NCBI GenBank assembly: GCA_965116885.1
Contig: OZ220741.1
Span: 2,432,001 to 2,496,000, forward strand
Length of the DNA stretch: 64,000 bases
Source: Candidatus Latescibacterota bacterium
Lineage (GTDB): Bacteria > Latescibacterota > UBA2968
Direction of reading: 5' to 3'
Below are positions 19,647 to 29,596 of this stretch, one piece after another. The translations under genes and the position numbers were made by a program. The notes under the pieces are model-generated. The model saw nothing but the letters and a program-made list of their open reading frames with translations, was not told the origin of the DNA and made no database searches. Within the stretch, counting starts at the first letter, position 1. Every line of letters starts with the position of its first letter.

Positions 19647-20363
19647 TTATGTGTCCGATTGATCGCTTTTTTCACCTTCAGAAATATAGAGAAAGAGATT
19701 GGCCAGGTGTCCGACCTCGTCGTCGCGCGATAGCAGTTTGTCGTCTGAGGTCCCCTCCTCACCGCGCGCGCGACCCACTGCATAAGCGAGGAGATCGCCG
19801 AGGGGGTTCGCCGCGAGGTTGACGAGCCATATCGCGGCAAAGAAGCCTACCACGAGTATGATGCAGATGAGATAGACCTGTCTTCCGATTGCTCTTTGAA
19901 TTTTTAGTGCAATCAGTCCCGTGTCCATGCCAACGTGAACCGTGCCGGCAATGCCTGCCAGAATGGGACTGCCCACTTCTACGAAATCGCCCATTCCGGG
20001 TAGATTGCGTTCTATGGCTTCTGTCTTGAATGGGTCGTCCGCTCGAATGACTTCGGGAATGCCAGGCACGAATGTGTGGGCGAGAAATTCACCTGATTCA
20101 TCTGTAATATAGATGTATTTGATGCTCTGGATTTCGACGAATTGATCGATGAGCGACTGCAGAGCCGCGAGGTCCCGATTTAAGAGAATATCGACACTGG
20201 AGTCGGCGATGGTCTTCGCGATGTTTTTGCTGTTGTTCTCGTATTCTTCCGACAGGTGTGTATCGACTGTGTAAATACACAGGGCGGATGTTGACAGGCT
20301 GATCACACCGAATAGCGCGAAGATGCCGAACCGGGTTTTTTGAAAGAGTTTTTTGATTTTCAT
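19647..20363 (-). CDS. Two-TM sensor-like membrane protein ending in a HAMP-like segment, no kinase domain
   Basis: TM - extracytoplasmic domain - TM - 'RDDEVGHLA..F' then stop; ATGA overlap with upstream gene. Confidence 0.7.
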   Translation of the reverse strand: MKIKKLFQKTRFGIFALFGVISLSTSALCIYTVDTHLSEEYENNSKNIAKTIADSSVDILLNRDLAALQSLIDQFVEIQSIKYIYITDESGEFLAHTFVPGIPEVIRADDPFKTEAIERNLPGMGDFVEVGSPILAGIAGTVHVGMDTGLIALKIQRAIGRQVYLICIILVVGFFAAIWLVNLAANPLGDLLAYAVGRARGEEGTSDDKLLSRDDEVGHLANLFLYISEGEKSDQSDT

Positions 20364-21682
20364 TTTTTGCCAAACCTGTCTTCCCAGTTATCCAGCGTGA
20401 CAAAACGGTCGTTTTCGACAACTGTGTAATAGACTCGCTGTAGTCCTTGTCGTCGGTCTGGGCCAAAAGAGACCTGTTCGCCGATGCCCAGATCGAAATC
20501 TCGAATGCTGAAGACCGCGTCTTCAAGCTGGCTACGCTGCGGGTCGTCGCCGATGCGGCGCAGAATTTCAACCATCAATTTGGCGTTGAGAAATCCCTCG
20601 AGGCTGACAAAGCTTTGCGCGAAGGGTGTATAGTCTTCTTTCACCAGTTCTTCGGGGGGTTGCGGGGCGTATTGTTGCATCATTTCGCGGTACTCTTTTA
20701 CGGCTGGCGTGGATGTTTCTTCGTAACTGGGCACGACCTGAGAGTTTACGAGCAGTTGCGTATATGACTCGCTGTTTTCTTGTCCTTCGGTGAGGAGTTT
20801 TAAGAGGTTTTCACTGCCAACAAAGGACAGGTTGGCAATGGGAACCCGCAGGCCGAGGTTAACGGCGTCGCGCACAAAGGCCGCACAAGCCGCATAAGCG
20901 CCGATGCAGATTACCGCTTCCGGGTCTGATGCTTTTAGTATTTCGACCTGTTTTCGCATGCTGCCGGTGAATTTTTCTCCGCGGTGGTACGTGGCTTCGC
21001 CCGCTATTTGTTCTCCATGCCGCTTCAAGGCACTTCTTACGCCCGCCCATCCGCTGCGACCATAAGCATCGGCTTGATAGAATACGGCAATGCGTTTTCG
21101 GTTGATGCGAACAAAATTATCCACGAGACCGGCGGTTTCCTGGCGGTAGGAAGCGCGCAGATTAAAGGCGAAGTCGCCATAAGGCGGTTCTCGCTGCGGT
21201 TGTGCGCCGGTGAATGGAAAGAATAAGAAGATGTTTTTGTCCTGGAATTTTTTGAGCATGGGGAGTACGCGGGTTACGGTGGGCGTTCCGACATAACCGA
21301 AGAGCAAAAATACTTCGTCTTCCAACATCAATTTCAGGGTGTTTTTGACAGAGGGGTCGGGTTGATAGCCGTCGTCGTACGTTTTGAGAACTATTTTGCG
21401 TCCCGATATGCCTCCCTGCTGATTGATGTGTGTGAAGTACGCACTGGCACCGCGATACAGTTCGATGCCCAAACCCCGGGATGGGCCGGAGAACGCGGCG
21501 GACACGCCGAGTACGATCTCGGTGTTGGTCACGCCAGATGATGTCCGTGTCATGGTGTGCCTCCTTGTTTGTGGTTCAAGCTGGCCGGTGTTGGCGACCG
21601 CTATCAGAGTTTTCAACCATGGGGCGATCGCGCAACAGGCAAGGCCGGAACGGATGAGTGCTCTTCTCGTGATTGGTTTCAT
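20360..21682 (-). CDS. Periplasmic substrate-binding protein (LivJ/branched-chain type) with twin-arginine signal
   Basis: TRRALI Tat-like motif; GVSAAFSGP, YDDGY.P, GYVGTPT, NLRASYRQE. Confidence 0.85.
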   Translation of the reverse strand: MKPITRRALIRSGLACCAIAPWLKTLIAVANTGQLEPQTRRHTMTRTSSGVTNTEIVLGVSAAFSGPSRGLGIELYRGASAYFTHINQQGGISGRKIVLKTYDDGYQPDPSVKNTLKLMLEDEVFLLFGYVGTPTVTRVLPMLKKFQDKNIFLFFPFTGAQPQREPPYGDFAFNLRASYRQETAGLVDNFVRINRKRIAVFYQADAYGRSGWAGVRSALKRHGEQIAGEATYHRGEKFTGSMRKQVEILKASDPEAVICIGAYAACAAFVRDAVNLGLRVPIANLSFVGSENLLKLLTEGQENSESYTQLLVNSQVVPSYEETSTPAVKEYREMMQQYAPQPPEELVKEDYTPFAQSFVSLEGFLNAKLMVEILRRIGDDPQRSQLEDAVFSIRDFDLGIGEQVSFGPDRRQGLQRVYYTVVENDRFVTLDNWEDRFGKK

Positions 21683-21718
21683 ACGGGATGTGCTCTTTCG
21701 CAGGATGCCCAGACTTGA

Positions 21719-22519
21719 TCATTCTTCGAGTGTTGGGCGATTTAGCCGCGTGTGATAGGGCGGTTCCATGACTGCGCGTTGTCGTTCGTTTGCCCATTCG
21801 GGTATGTCGTAGGCGCGTACATACGCCATGTTGCCAGCGGTGTAGCGGGTGAGCGTTGACCGCCGCGGGTGATCTGATTTCCAGGGCAGGGTGCCGTGTG
21901 TGACGGCTTCGGTGAAGATGATTGCGTCGCCTGCCTTACAGGTGATCTGGCGGATGTGTTCCTGGTGTTTTTGATAGAGGCGCATTTCCTGCGGACAGGG
22001 ATAATTGCTTTTGTGCGATCCGGGTATGAGAGAGAGACCGCCGTCGCCCGGGTTGACATCGGTGAGTTGGATGGAGACGACGGTGAGTCCGTTGTGCATT
22101 TTGCCATCTCTAAATATATAATACTGGTTGGGGTCAAATCCGGGTCCAGAGGAGCCGTGGAAGCGATGGCCTTCGGCGCCTTTGTCCATCCAGAGCAGAA
22201 ACATCTGGTGATCGATGCGGAAGCCTTTGCCGAGTATTTCGTTGAGATAGGGCACAATGCGGGGATGCGCCAGCATGTCGCGGAAGGGATTGCACCAGGG
22301 TTCGTCCCAGTGAATCAGGCTGCCCAATTCGCCGCGGCCATGCGTGCCTTCAAGAGCTGGTGAGTCGCCGTCGAGACGCTGTTCTCTCGGGCGAATACGC
22401 CCCTTGTCGAGGTGGCGGTCAACCGCTTCGTTCGCCAGGGCGAGTTCGTCTTCGGTCAAGACGTTTTCTACGACGAGATACCCGTTGAGGTCAAAGAGAT
22501 ATTTTTCGTTTTCGGTCAT
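21719..22519 (-). CDS. Phytanoyl-CoA dioxygenase (PhyH) family protein
   Basis: YLFDLNGYLV, GDGG..IPGSHK, GDAIIFTEAVTHGTLPW; probable ATG at 22519. Confidence 0.8.
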   Translation of the reverse strand: MTENEKYLFDLNGYLVVENVLTEDELALANEAVDRHLDKGRIRPREQRLDGDSPALEGTHGRGELGSLIHWDEPWCNPFRDMLAHPRIVPYLNEILGKGFRIDHQMFLLWMDKGAEGHRFHGSSGPGFDPNQYYIFRDGKMHNGLTVVSIQLTDVNPGDGGLSLIPGSHKSNYPCPQEMRLYQKHQEHIRQITCKAGDAIIFTEAVTHGTLPWKSDHPRRSTLTRYTAGNMAYVRAYDIPEWANERQRAVMEPPYHTRLNRPTLEE

Positions 22520-22545
22520 GGTGTTGTAGTTTCTTGTTTTGGGTT

Positions 22546-23991
22546 TTAATTTATCAGACTCGCATACGCTTCTCGCCCTTGCCGGAAGAGGTCTTTGACT
22601 TCGTCGCGTTGCTGGTCGGTGTTGTAACGACCGTATGTGTCGATCCATTTGAGCGCGTCTTCGATGCCGTTGAGAAAATACTGCGCGGATTCGTTGCGCT
22701 CGGCAGGTGGGCGGCCGCAGGTAAAATAAACAGGGCTGCTGTGTGCGTAGATCGATTGGTCAAAGCTGTCGCGCTGGTTGCCCCAGAGCCGGGCGGCGAC
22801 CCAGCCGTCGCGGTCGATGTTGACCCGGTGGCGAATGGCGCCCTCGCGTTTGCCTTCGGGATAGTTTTCCCTGTGAATGATGTGCCCGTTCATCGCGATT
22901 TCGGCGCAGTGAATGGGGTAATAGGATGTGAAGGTGGATTCTATGTCGAGCGAGCCGCCAGAGGGCAATTCAACTGTGGCGCCCATGGGGTAATCGTTTA
23001 CGTTCAGGTCAATGGCGGGACCATTGGTGATGAAGGTGTTGCCCGATTTCATACCGGCTATCCAGTTTTCGTAGGAGAACGCGCCCTGGGTGTTGACATA
23101 GACGCGGTTGTTGGAGCAGACGAACCAGTCGGTGCCGGTGGAGGCGGGCAGGGCGATGCCACAGTTGAGCAGTTTGTACCACAGGTCGTATTCGGGGTCC
23201 ATCCAGAAGGGGTCGAATAAGTTGAAGGCGTCCAGTTTGCCCAGTGCCGCGGCTATGGGGGCTTCCATGCCGCGACCATTGTGACACCATATTACAATGC
23301 CGCCCTGATCGCGGGCTTCATCACAGCAAAAGCACAGGGGGGGATAGTCGGGGTCGAATTGCGCGGTGAGGATGTGGCCGCGGCTGACGGGTTGGATGAG
23401 GTTGCGGATGTTGAGGAACATGACGTGCCCATATCCGAATCCCCAGGGCGAGTTTTCGCCGTAGTGGCGGTTTTCTTCGCCGATGTCGAGTACGTGGTGT
23501 GCGGTGGTAAATTCGTTCATTACGCCGATGGGATATTTGTTGCTGGCGTAGGGGAGTTGTCTTCTGTCGAGGACGCTTACGACGGTGACGTTGTAGCCTT
23601 CTACGCTACAGTCAACGGCGAGTCGGTCGTCGGGACGGGTTTCTTTTTCGTCGTAGTGGATGTGTGTGTTGCCCGGATACCAGTTGTTTTCCTGTGGGAT
23701 ATACCAGCGGTTGAGGGTGATTTCGACGTCTTTGACGCCGTTTTCAGGCATTTCGACTACGGTGCGGATGGGTTCGTATTCCGTGCCGCGTTCGACCAGT
23801 ATGTCGGTGCGCCCGCGCGAGGCTTGAACTTCAAATTCGCCATCGCAGAAGAAGAAGGGCGTGCCGGGTCCGCGTTTGAGCATGGCATCGCGCGGGTGGC
23901 AAAAACGACCGTTGGCGGTCAGGACGTGTACTTTGGCGTTAATTGGTTCGCCTGTCGCGCTGTCGATAATATGTCCGTGCAGGGTGCCCAT
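22546..23991 (-). CDS. CehA/McbA family metallohydrolase (PHP-like)
   Basis: GNTHIH, EENRH..YGH, WCH, ASTGTD, RVY, FITNGP, AHSSP motifs; GGAG RBS before ATG 23991. Confidence 0.8.
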   Translation of the reverse strand: MGTLHGHIIDSATGEPINAKVHVLTANGRFCHPRDAMLKRGPGTPFFFCDGEFEVQASRGRTDILVERGTEYEPIRTVVEMPENGVKDVEITLNRWYIPQENNWYPGNTHIHYDEKETRPDDRLAVDCSVEGYNVTVVSVLDRRQLPYASNKYPIGVMNEFTTAHHVLDIGEENRHYGENSPWGFGYGHVMFLNIRNLIQPVSRGHILTAQFDPDYPPLCFCCDEARDQGGIVIWCHNGRGMEAPIAAALGKLDAFNLFDPFWMDPEYDLWYKLLNCGIALPASTGTDWFVCSNNRVYVNTQGAFSYENWIAGMKSGNTFITNGPAIDLNVNDYPMGATVELPSGGSLDIESTFTSYYPIHCAEIAMNGHIIHRENYPEGKREGAIRHRVNIDRDGWVAARLWGNQRDSFDQSIYAHSSPVYFTCGRPPAERNESAQYFLNGIEDALKWIDTYGRYNTDQQRDEVKDLFRQGREAYASLIN

Positions 23992-24089
23992 AGTACGCTC
24001 CGGGTATTCGAGATGTTTCTGCAATAGCGTTTCGAGAATTCGATCAAATGTTCCTTGCAGTCCCTCTCAGAGCCGCAAGGAACGCCTGA

Positions 24090-24509
24090 TTATAAGTCGA
24101 GTTTGTCTGCAAATGCCAGCATTTTTGCTTCAACCTCCTGGGCAATCGGTTGTAGTGTTTCCTGGTCGATCTCGATTTTCTGTATCCTTTCATCCACATT
24201 TGTCGTGAGACAAAAACGCAGGTTTTGTGTCAAATCGTGCATCGCGTGCTCAATGTGGTCTCGAACCGTTCCGGGAGGATACATCCACTGTCTTGCCCGG
24301 GTCTGTTTCAGGTTGATGTGGCAATGCCCTTTCCCGCCGTGTTTTTTTGCCTCGCCAAAGCAGTCCAGACGCAAAACTTCCTGATTGTAAGCATACACAG
24401 ATGCTGCGGGACCGTAACCGGCGCGGTCGTTTCGCCAATAGACTTCCAGTCGCACATCGTCTTGTATCGGATATGTAGTCCGATCCTGTCTGCCTGGTTG
24501 TGTATCCAT
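24090..24509 (-). CDS. Hypothetical protein (about 139 aa)
   Basis: ORF with AAGGA RBS before ATG 24509; 'LRLDCF...GHCH' motif. Confidence 0.6.
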   Translation of the reverse strand: MDTQPGRQDRTTYPIQDDVRLEVYWRNDRAGYGPAASVYAYNQEVLRLDCFGEAKKHGGKGHCHINLKQTRARQWMYPPGTVRDHIEHAMHDLTQNLRFCLTTNVDERIQKIEIDQETLQPIAQEVEAKMLAFADKLDL

Positions 24510-24608
24510 GACTTTTCCTTTCTGTTGTGGCGCGTTATGGCCTGTGAGCAGCTTGGTGAATGGCGTATTTCTCCAGCACAAACTAATTTTTGGACATGTC
24601 AGTATAAT

Positions 24609-25172
24609 TCAAGAAGTAATTGCCTGTTCCGATAGTTTGCCGACAAATTCATCGGACGGCAAAATTTCGACCTCATCAACAATTTGGCGTGATAAGACAC
24701 TTCTGAGGTTGCTGAGTAAATCAATTTTCAGATTATTAAAAAATATGGCATCCTGTGTCTCATTCATGCCGCTGACGACGAGCCAGAACTTGTACTTTTT
24801 TGTTCCCAGAAGATCTCTTGCGTCTTGGCATACCGCAGATAGACGACATAATACGAGCATTGATCCATAAGCTTTTAGTCGATTTTCCTGGCGGATGTAC
24901 CTATCGATAAATTGCTTTTGATCGGTGCTTTCGAGATAATGATATTCGTTTTGCAAATCCCTGTGCTGATCTATAAGCTTGGTTTCTTCGATCAAGATAA
25001 TAGTATCGTCCTGGCTGAGCATAAAATAATCACAGCAATTACAAGGACCTAAACCAACATCTTTTCGCATATCAGGTTGCGGTGCTTCGCCATCCATGCG
25101 ATATGCATGGTGGTCTTGAAGAGGTGTACCAGCGAGTTCAATCGGTTCCAGGAATTTTTCGAGGTCAATCAT
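24609..25172 (-). CDS. Hypothetical protein, possible PD-(D/E)xK-like nuclease fold; partner of the upstream ATPase
   Basis: ATGA overlap with ATPase; 'CCDYF..(x8)..ILIEETK' resembles a D...ExK motif; AT-richer sequence. Confidence 0.6.
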   Translation of the reverse strand: MIDLEKFLEPIELAGTPLQDHHAYRMDGEAPQPDMRKDVGLGPCNCCDYFMLSQDDTIILIEETKLIDQHRDLQNEYHYLESTDQKQFIDRYIRQENRLKAYGSMLVLCRLSAVCQDARDLLGTKKYKFWLVVSGMNETQDAIFFNNLKIDLLSNLRSVLSRQIVDEVEILPSDEFVGKLSEQAITS

Positions 25173-26551
25173 ATCCCCTCGATGTACAGATCGGAGAACG
25201 GCTTGGTCAATTCGTGCATAATCTTTCCCATCTTCGTTTCAAAGTCCTCTTCGGTATTACTGTTCTTTACTGGAAATTGGTTGAGCGCAATGAGTTGCTC
25301 ATCGTCCGGGTTCTTCTTTACATGGACTTCCAGCCATTTGAGGATATCTACGCTGTGTGTGGCAATTACTACATTTACACCCTGACGGGACAATTCAAAG
25401 AGGCTTTCTGCCATGATGACTTGCCAGGCCGGATGCAAGTGTGCTTCTGGCTCGTCAATAAAGAGAAATGTCCCTTTATCCAGTACCTTGCGCTCAATCA
25501 GCAATGCCAGGATGCCGAGGTTGGCGATTCCCATAGCTGTGACAGGCAATGAGAAATTGCGACCATTTTCTTGGAAATACAAATTGCCTGTTTCAGAAAT
25601 TGCAATCTTTCCGTCCATGACACTTTTGCCGGTCAACTTTGCATATACATCCGGAAAGGCCATGTCTCCGGTGTATTCATACTTCAATGCTCCGACAAGA
25701 TCATAGAAATATCCCGGAACGCCGCTGAGTCGTTCTCTATCTCCGAAATGTACAGGGTGATCCCGTGCGTCTTCCAACACAGTTTTCAATTTCCAGTAAA
25801 TAGGTGATTCCAGATAGATTACTCTGGAGTATTGCTGCAAGTGCTCTATCAAGGAAATATGTGTCAGGCCTGCAAATCCCTCGTCCGATAGTTCGAATAA
25901 TCCAAACTCCCCAACTTCGACTTTTGATGGTGTTCCTTCTTCCCTTATGAGAGCAGAAATATTTGGCACTTGAAAGTTCTGAATTAAATTTTGTTCGCTT
26001 TGGTACCATATACTGGTTTCAATAAAATTTTCCGTATCCATGTGGCTAAGTTTCTCTTTTAACGCAGCCAATGAATTCATCAGGCTCTCCAAGTAGTATC
26101 TCTGTCCCCTTGCCATTTTTTTTTCGGGAAACTGTGGGATATCGGAGGCTATTTGCTCTATTTTTTTTATGTAGCTGATAAGCTCGGGAATAATTTCTTC
26201 TGAGAGAATTTCCTCATTATACAACGTTTCAATGGAAGCCGCCTTAATGAGAGCTTTTAATTTTTCAGCCTCATTTTTCATTCTAGATAACCGGGATATT
26301 GTAGCTTTATCAGAACGTGTCTCTCGATCTGGCCTCGTCATTATCATCAAGTCGCGATAAACAGGCCCAACCAGATTGTTTAGATGTGTCTCGACATGGT
26401 TTGCGTTCATTGCGTTAAAAAGTGAATACAGGAGTTTTGAAACAAAGCTCTTACCCGTATTATTTGGTCCTGCAAATACAGTGAACTGGCCGATGCTGAC
26501 TTCCGCATCTTCGAGTTTGCCGATGTTTTTGATTTTTACTTTGAAAGCCAT
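25169..26551 (-). CDS. Soluble ABC-type ATPase (AAA_15/AAA_21 family)
   Basis: KIKNIGKL, Walker A GPNNTGKS, degenerate signature TAMG, Walker B/D-loop FIDEPEAHLHP, H-loop IATHS. Confidence 0.9.
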   Translation of the reverse strand: MAFKVKIKNIGKLEDAEVSIGQFTVFAGPNNTGKSFVSKLLYSLFNAMNANHVETHLNNLVGPVYRDLMIMTRPDRETRSDKATISRLSRMKNEAEKLKALIKAASIETLYNEEILSEEIIPELISYIKKIEQIASDIPQFPEKKMARGQRYYLESLMNSLAALKEKLSHMDTENFIETSIWYQSEQNLIQNFQVPNISALIREEGTPSKVEVGEFGLFELSDEGFAGLTHISLIEHLQQYSRVIYLESPIYWKLKTVLEDARDHPVHFGDRERLSGVPGYFYDLVGALKYEYTGDMAFPDVYAKLTGKSVMDGKIAISETGNLYFQENGRNFSLPVTAMGIANLGILALLIERKVLDKGTFLFIDEPEAHLHPAWQVIMAESLFELSRQGVNVVIATHSVDILKWLEVHVKKNPDDEQLIALNQFPVKNSNTEEDFETKMGKIMHELTKPFSDLYIEGI

Positions 26552-26634
26552 GGCAGGTTTGATTGATAAGTTGGATATATGCTGTTTGTTCTGGGTATTG
26601 CCAGAATCCTATATTAAGATACATATCTCAGGAT

Positions 26635-26678
26635 AAAAAGAAAAGCCCCGCTTTGACTATTGTTTTTTTGAGCGGGGC
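26635..26678 (-). terminator. Rho-independent terminator
   Basis: GCCCCGCT...AGCGGGGC inverted repeat followed on the minus strand by TTTTCTTTTT, just after stop of 26699..28273. Confidence 0.7.
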
Positions 26679-26698
26679 GTTCTGTATTTATCCGCAGG

Positions 26699-28273
26699 CT
26701 ATTGGCTGTCTGTCTGGGATCGGATCCCGCATTCTATGTGATCGACGATGATATCCTCTTTGATGTTCTCCGCAGATTTTGCGATGGTCAGCCCCAGGTG
26801 GTTGTCGCCATAAATAAATGGGGGGTTTGATAGAGGGATTGTACACGATGGGAATTGGTCGTTATCGGGCCAGGTCCATGTCAGATTTTGAGATGGGATT
26901 TTTGTGCCGTTGATGTCAACTGCGAGTGCGTCGTCTTTTGACAAGCCCTGGGCATAGAAGGTCAGGGTGTTTTCTGAAGAGATGGGTTCTGAGGGGAGAT
27001 GTTCACACAGGCGAAATCTGAAGGTGTCTCGTTGTCCCGTTTTTTGGCGGGAGAGGACGAGTTCTTCTTTGATATAGACCTCGCCCAGGCTTTTGCTATT
27101 TGCCCAGAGTGAACGGAATGTGTAGTGTCGGTCTGGGCCGATGCTTTGCGGGTCTTTTAATTCTACGAGGTCGTTCATCGCCGCTGGATACATTGCGGGG
27201 ATTTTTGCGCCACTATTTCCCGGGGGTTCAAACTGGGGTCCCCAGTGAAAGAAGTAATTCTGGGTCGAGAATCCGTCGGCACCTGCGGCATAGAAGTTTT
27301 GCAATGCGGCGCGGTATTGGGGCATGTCCATGAGAAATTCTGTATCGATACTGAGTCTGGGTTGTACCTGGGGATAGACATAGCAGTCGTGTTGCCGGGC
27401 TATTGATACAAAGTCTTCGTATTTTTCGTTGAAGTCGGTGAATCCAAAATCTCCAGGTGCGACATAGTTGATCAGGCCCTCTTGGATCCAGGTGGGGACG
27501 TCTAAGCTCAGCTTTTTACAGCCCGCCATTTGTTGGGGTACGCGAACGCCGAGGATGAGATTTCGGTCTCTACCTGTTGGGGAATGGGCGTTGTCCAACA
27601 TGTTGCGGACTTCTCGGATAAAGCCGGTCATGGTGCTGTGGCTGTGTGATAGTTCAGCTCTGGGAAAACATTCTGCCAGGCGGGTGAAGTTAAATTCCAT
27701 GCCGTCGATGTCGAAGCGGTTGGCGACTTCTTCCATGATGGCGAGGAGAAAGGCGCGTACTTCGGGTATGGCGTAGTTTAAGGAGCACCCGTATTTGAGG
27801 TTTTCGGGCGGTGCGCGTCTGGTGGAGGGTTTGTATTCTCTGAGTACCCATTCGGGTTTTTCGTCGCAGAGTTTTTTGAAGAATTCCGTGTGGTGGCCGT
27901 GGCGGTCGTTCATTCGAAAGCCAGCGATAAATTCCATGCCCTGCTTATGGCATTCGTCGATATAGATTTCGACGGGCATGACGCCCGTGTCCATGATGGG
28001 TACCAGGCGCTGGTGCTGGTGCCGGATGTCGTAAGGGCATTTGTCGGTTCGCCAGAACATGGTCATTGCTTCGGCGAAGATTTCCTGTACGAGGGTGTCG
28101 ATACTTCCCGCAGAGGCGTAATTGCGGACGATCTGACGCAGTTCTTCGGGTTTGGCCGCGGGGACGCTGAGGTGGCTGGTGGTGTTTGAAGGGTCGCTGA
28201 CGTAGATGAGACGGCGCGTGCCACGGGGTTGCAAGTGACCCAGGTATGGGGATGATGTTTGTGAAGTTGGCAT
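26699..28273 (-). CDS. Putative glycoside hydrolase-like TIM-barrel protein (GHL10/DUF187-like)
   Basis: FRMND.H, LNYAIPEVR, DIDGMEFNFTR, GADG..NYF segments. Confidence 0.6.
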   Translation of the reverse strand: MPTSQTSSPYLGHLQPRGTRRLIYVSDPSNTTSHLSVPAAKPEELRQIVRNYASAGSIDTLVQEIFAEAMTMFWRTDKCPYDIRHQHQRLVPIMDTGVMPVEIYIDECHKQGMEFIAGFRMNDRHGHHTEFFKKLCDEKPEWVLREYKPSTRRAPPENLKYGCSLNYAIPEVRAFLLAIMEEVANRFDIDGMEFNFTRLAECFPRAELSHSHSTMTGFIREVRNMLDNAHSPTGRDRNLILGVRVPQQMAGCKKLSLDVPTWIQEGLINYVAPGDFGFTDFNEKYEDFVSIARQHDCYVYPQVQPRLSIDTEFLMDMPQYRAALQNFYAAGADGFSTQNYFFHWGPQFEPPGNSGAKIPAMYPAAMNDLVELKDPQSIGPDRHYTFRSLWANSKSLGEVYIKEELVLSRQKTGQRDTFRFRLCEHLPSEPISSENTLTFYAQGLSKDDALAVDINGTKIPSQNLTWTWPDNDQFPSCTIPLSNPPFIYGDNHLGLTIAKSAENIKEDIIVDHIECGIRSQTDSQ

Positions 28274-28294
28274 TTGGTCTGTCCTTGTTCGCGT

Positions 28295-28753
28295 TTATGG
28301 TGGGGCTGTCTGTTGCGGTTGCGCGCCATCCGGCAGGGGAGGAACGTCGATGCCTGCCTTCGGCAGGGTGCCAATCATTTCCTGCTGCGGGTGTGCTACA
28401 AAGCCCGCGGCACAGCAGTAGATCATTTTCAGAGGTACATCGCCCGTGTTGGTGAGTTGATGATATTCTCCCGGGGGAATGTACACGGCCTGACCGGCTT
28501 TCAGGGTTTGTCTTTCGGTGCCGAGGCACATTTCGCCTTCGCCTTCGATGACGAAGTAGATTTCTTCCTGTGCCTGATTGTGCCAGGGGACCTGCCCCCC
28601 GTTGGGTTCAAAGGTGACAAATCCTACGGAGAATTCTTCGGTGGGGATGGGGGTGCCAGCACCTGCAACAGGCTGTGTTCTTCTGCGTGCGGGAAATTGT
28701 CGGCCTTCAATCTCGCGCAGGTCTGAGATGATCATATACTTACTCCTCGTCAT
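28295..28753 (-). CDS. Cupin domain protein
   Basis: PWHNQAQEEIY..IEGEG and G..VYIPPG.YH...NTG cupin motifs. Confidence 0.85.
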   Translation of the reverse strand: MTRSKYMIISDLREIEGRQFPARRRTQPVAGAGTPIPTEEFSVGFVTFEPNGGQVPWHNQAQEEIYFVIEGEGEMCLGTERQTLKAGQAVYIPPGEYHQLTNTGDVPLKMIYCCAAGFVAHPQQEMIGTLPKAGIDVPPLPDGAQPQQTAPP

Positions 28754-28822
28754 TACACGACAAGTGGTTGGGCAGGGTTCGTCTATGAACTGGTCTGAGA
28801 AACGACCAGTTTTACACCGCTC

Positions 28823-28878
28823 CGTTGATTCGTCTATTCGTTGATTCGTCTATTCGTTGATTCGTCTATTCGTCTAAT
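28823..28878. repeat. Intergenic tandem repeat (CGTTGATTCGTCTATT)x3 plus partial unit
   Basis: Three exact 16-bp units at 28823, 28839, 28855, each made of two related 8-mers, then CGTCTAAT. Confidence 0.95.
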
Positions 28879-29464
28879 CGGCGGCGACTATTTCGCGGGT
28901 TTTCATTCTTTCGCGTTCTTCGATGAGCAGGTTCATCCAGTGTTTCATATACTGCCCGTGGTCGTTCCACACGCGGCCGCTGACCAGATTGCCATCGATG
29001 ACGCACGGTTCATCGACAAAGATGCCGCCGCAGACTTCGAGGTCAAATCGGCATTTCCAAACGCAGGCCATGCGACGTCCTTTGACTACGCCTGCGCGAC
29101 ACGGGATTTCAACGCCGTGGCAGACGCTGGCAACGGGTTTGTTGTGTTCAAAGAAGTAGCGCGTGATGCGAATGAGGTCGGGGTTGTCGCGGATGTATTC
29201 GGGGGCGCGTCCGCCAGAGAAGAAGATGCCGACGTATTCGGAGGGGTCAATGTCTCGAAAAGCGATGTCGGCATTGATCGAATACCCTTTCCATTCTTCG
29301 GTGATGTCCCAGCCGGGGGAGATTTCGTGGAGTACCATTTGATAGCGCCGCTTGTCTGGACCGGCGACAACGGGGGTGAATCCGTCTTCCTGTATTCTGA
29401 GAAATGGGTATAGCGTATCGACGGTTTCGGTGGCGTCTCCAACGATGATGAGAACTTTGTCCAT
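28874..29464 (-). CDS. DJ-1/PfpI family protein
   Basis: SGGRAPEYIR, ASVCHG nucleophile elbow, DGNLVSGR; AAGGAG RBS. Confidence 0.9.
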   Translation of the reverse strand: MDKVLIIVGDATETVDTLYPFLRIQEDGFTPVVAGPDKRRYQMVLHEISPGWDITEEWKGYSINADIAFRDIDPSEYVGIFFSGGRAPEYIRDNPDLIRITRYFFEHNKPVASVCHGVEIPCRAGVVKGRRMACVWKCRFDLEVCGGIFVDEPCVIDGNLVSGRVWNDHGQYMKHWMNLLIEERERMKTREIVAAD

Positions 29465-29596
29465 GATGGTCTCCTTTAATGTAAGGGTGTGTCCCATAGC
29501 TTACTTCCGACAATTGTTTTAGAACGGGAGAAATAATACGGGAATTCCCATTTGTAAATCTACTATGAGGTAATCAGGAGTCAAGAAATTTACAGT

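Noticed and set aside
28823..28878. CRISPR array
   Set aside because: Contiguous 16-bp units with no spacers and no cas genes
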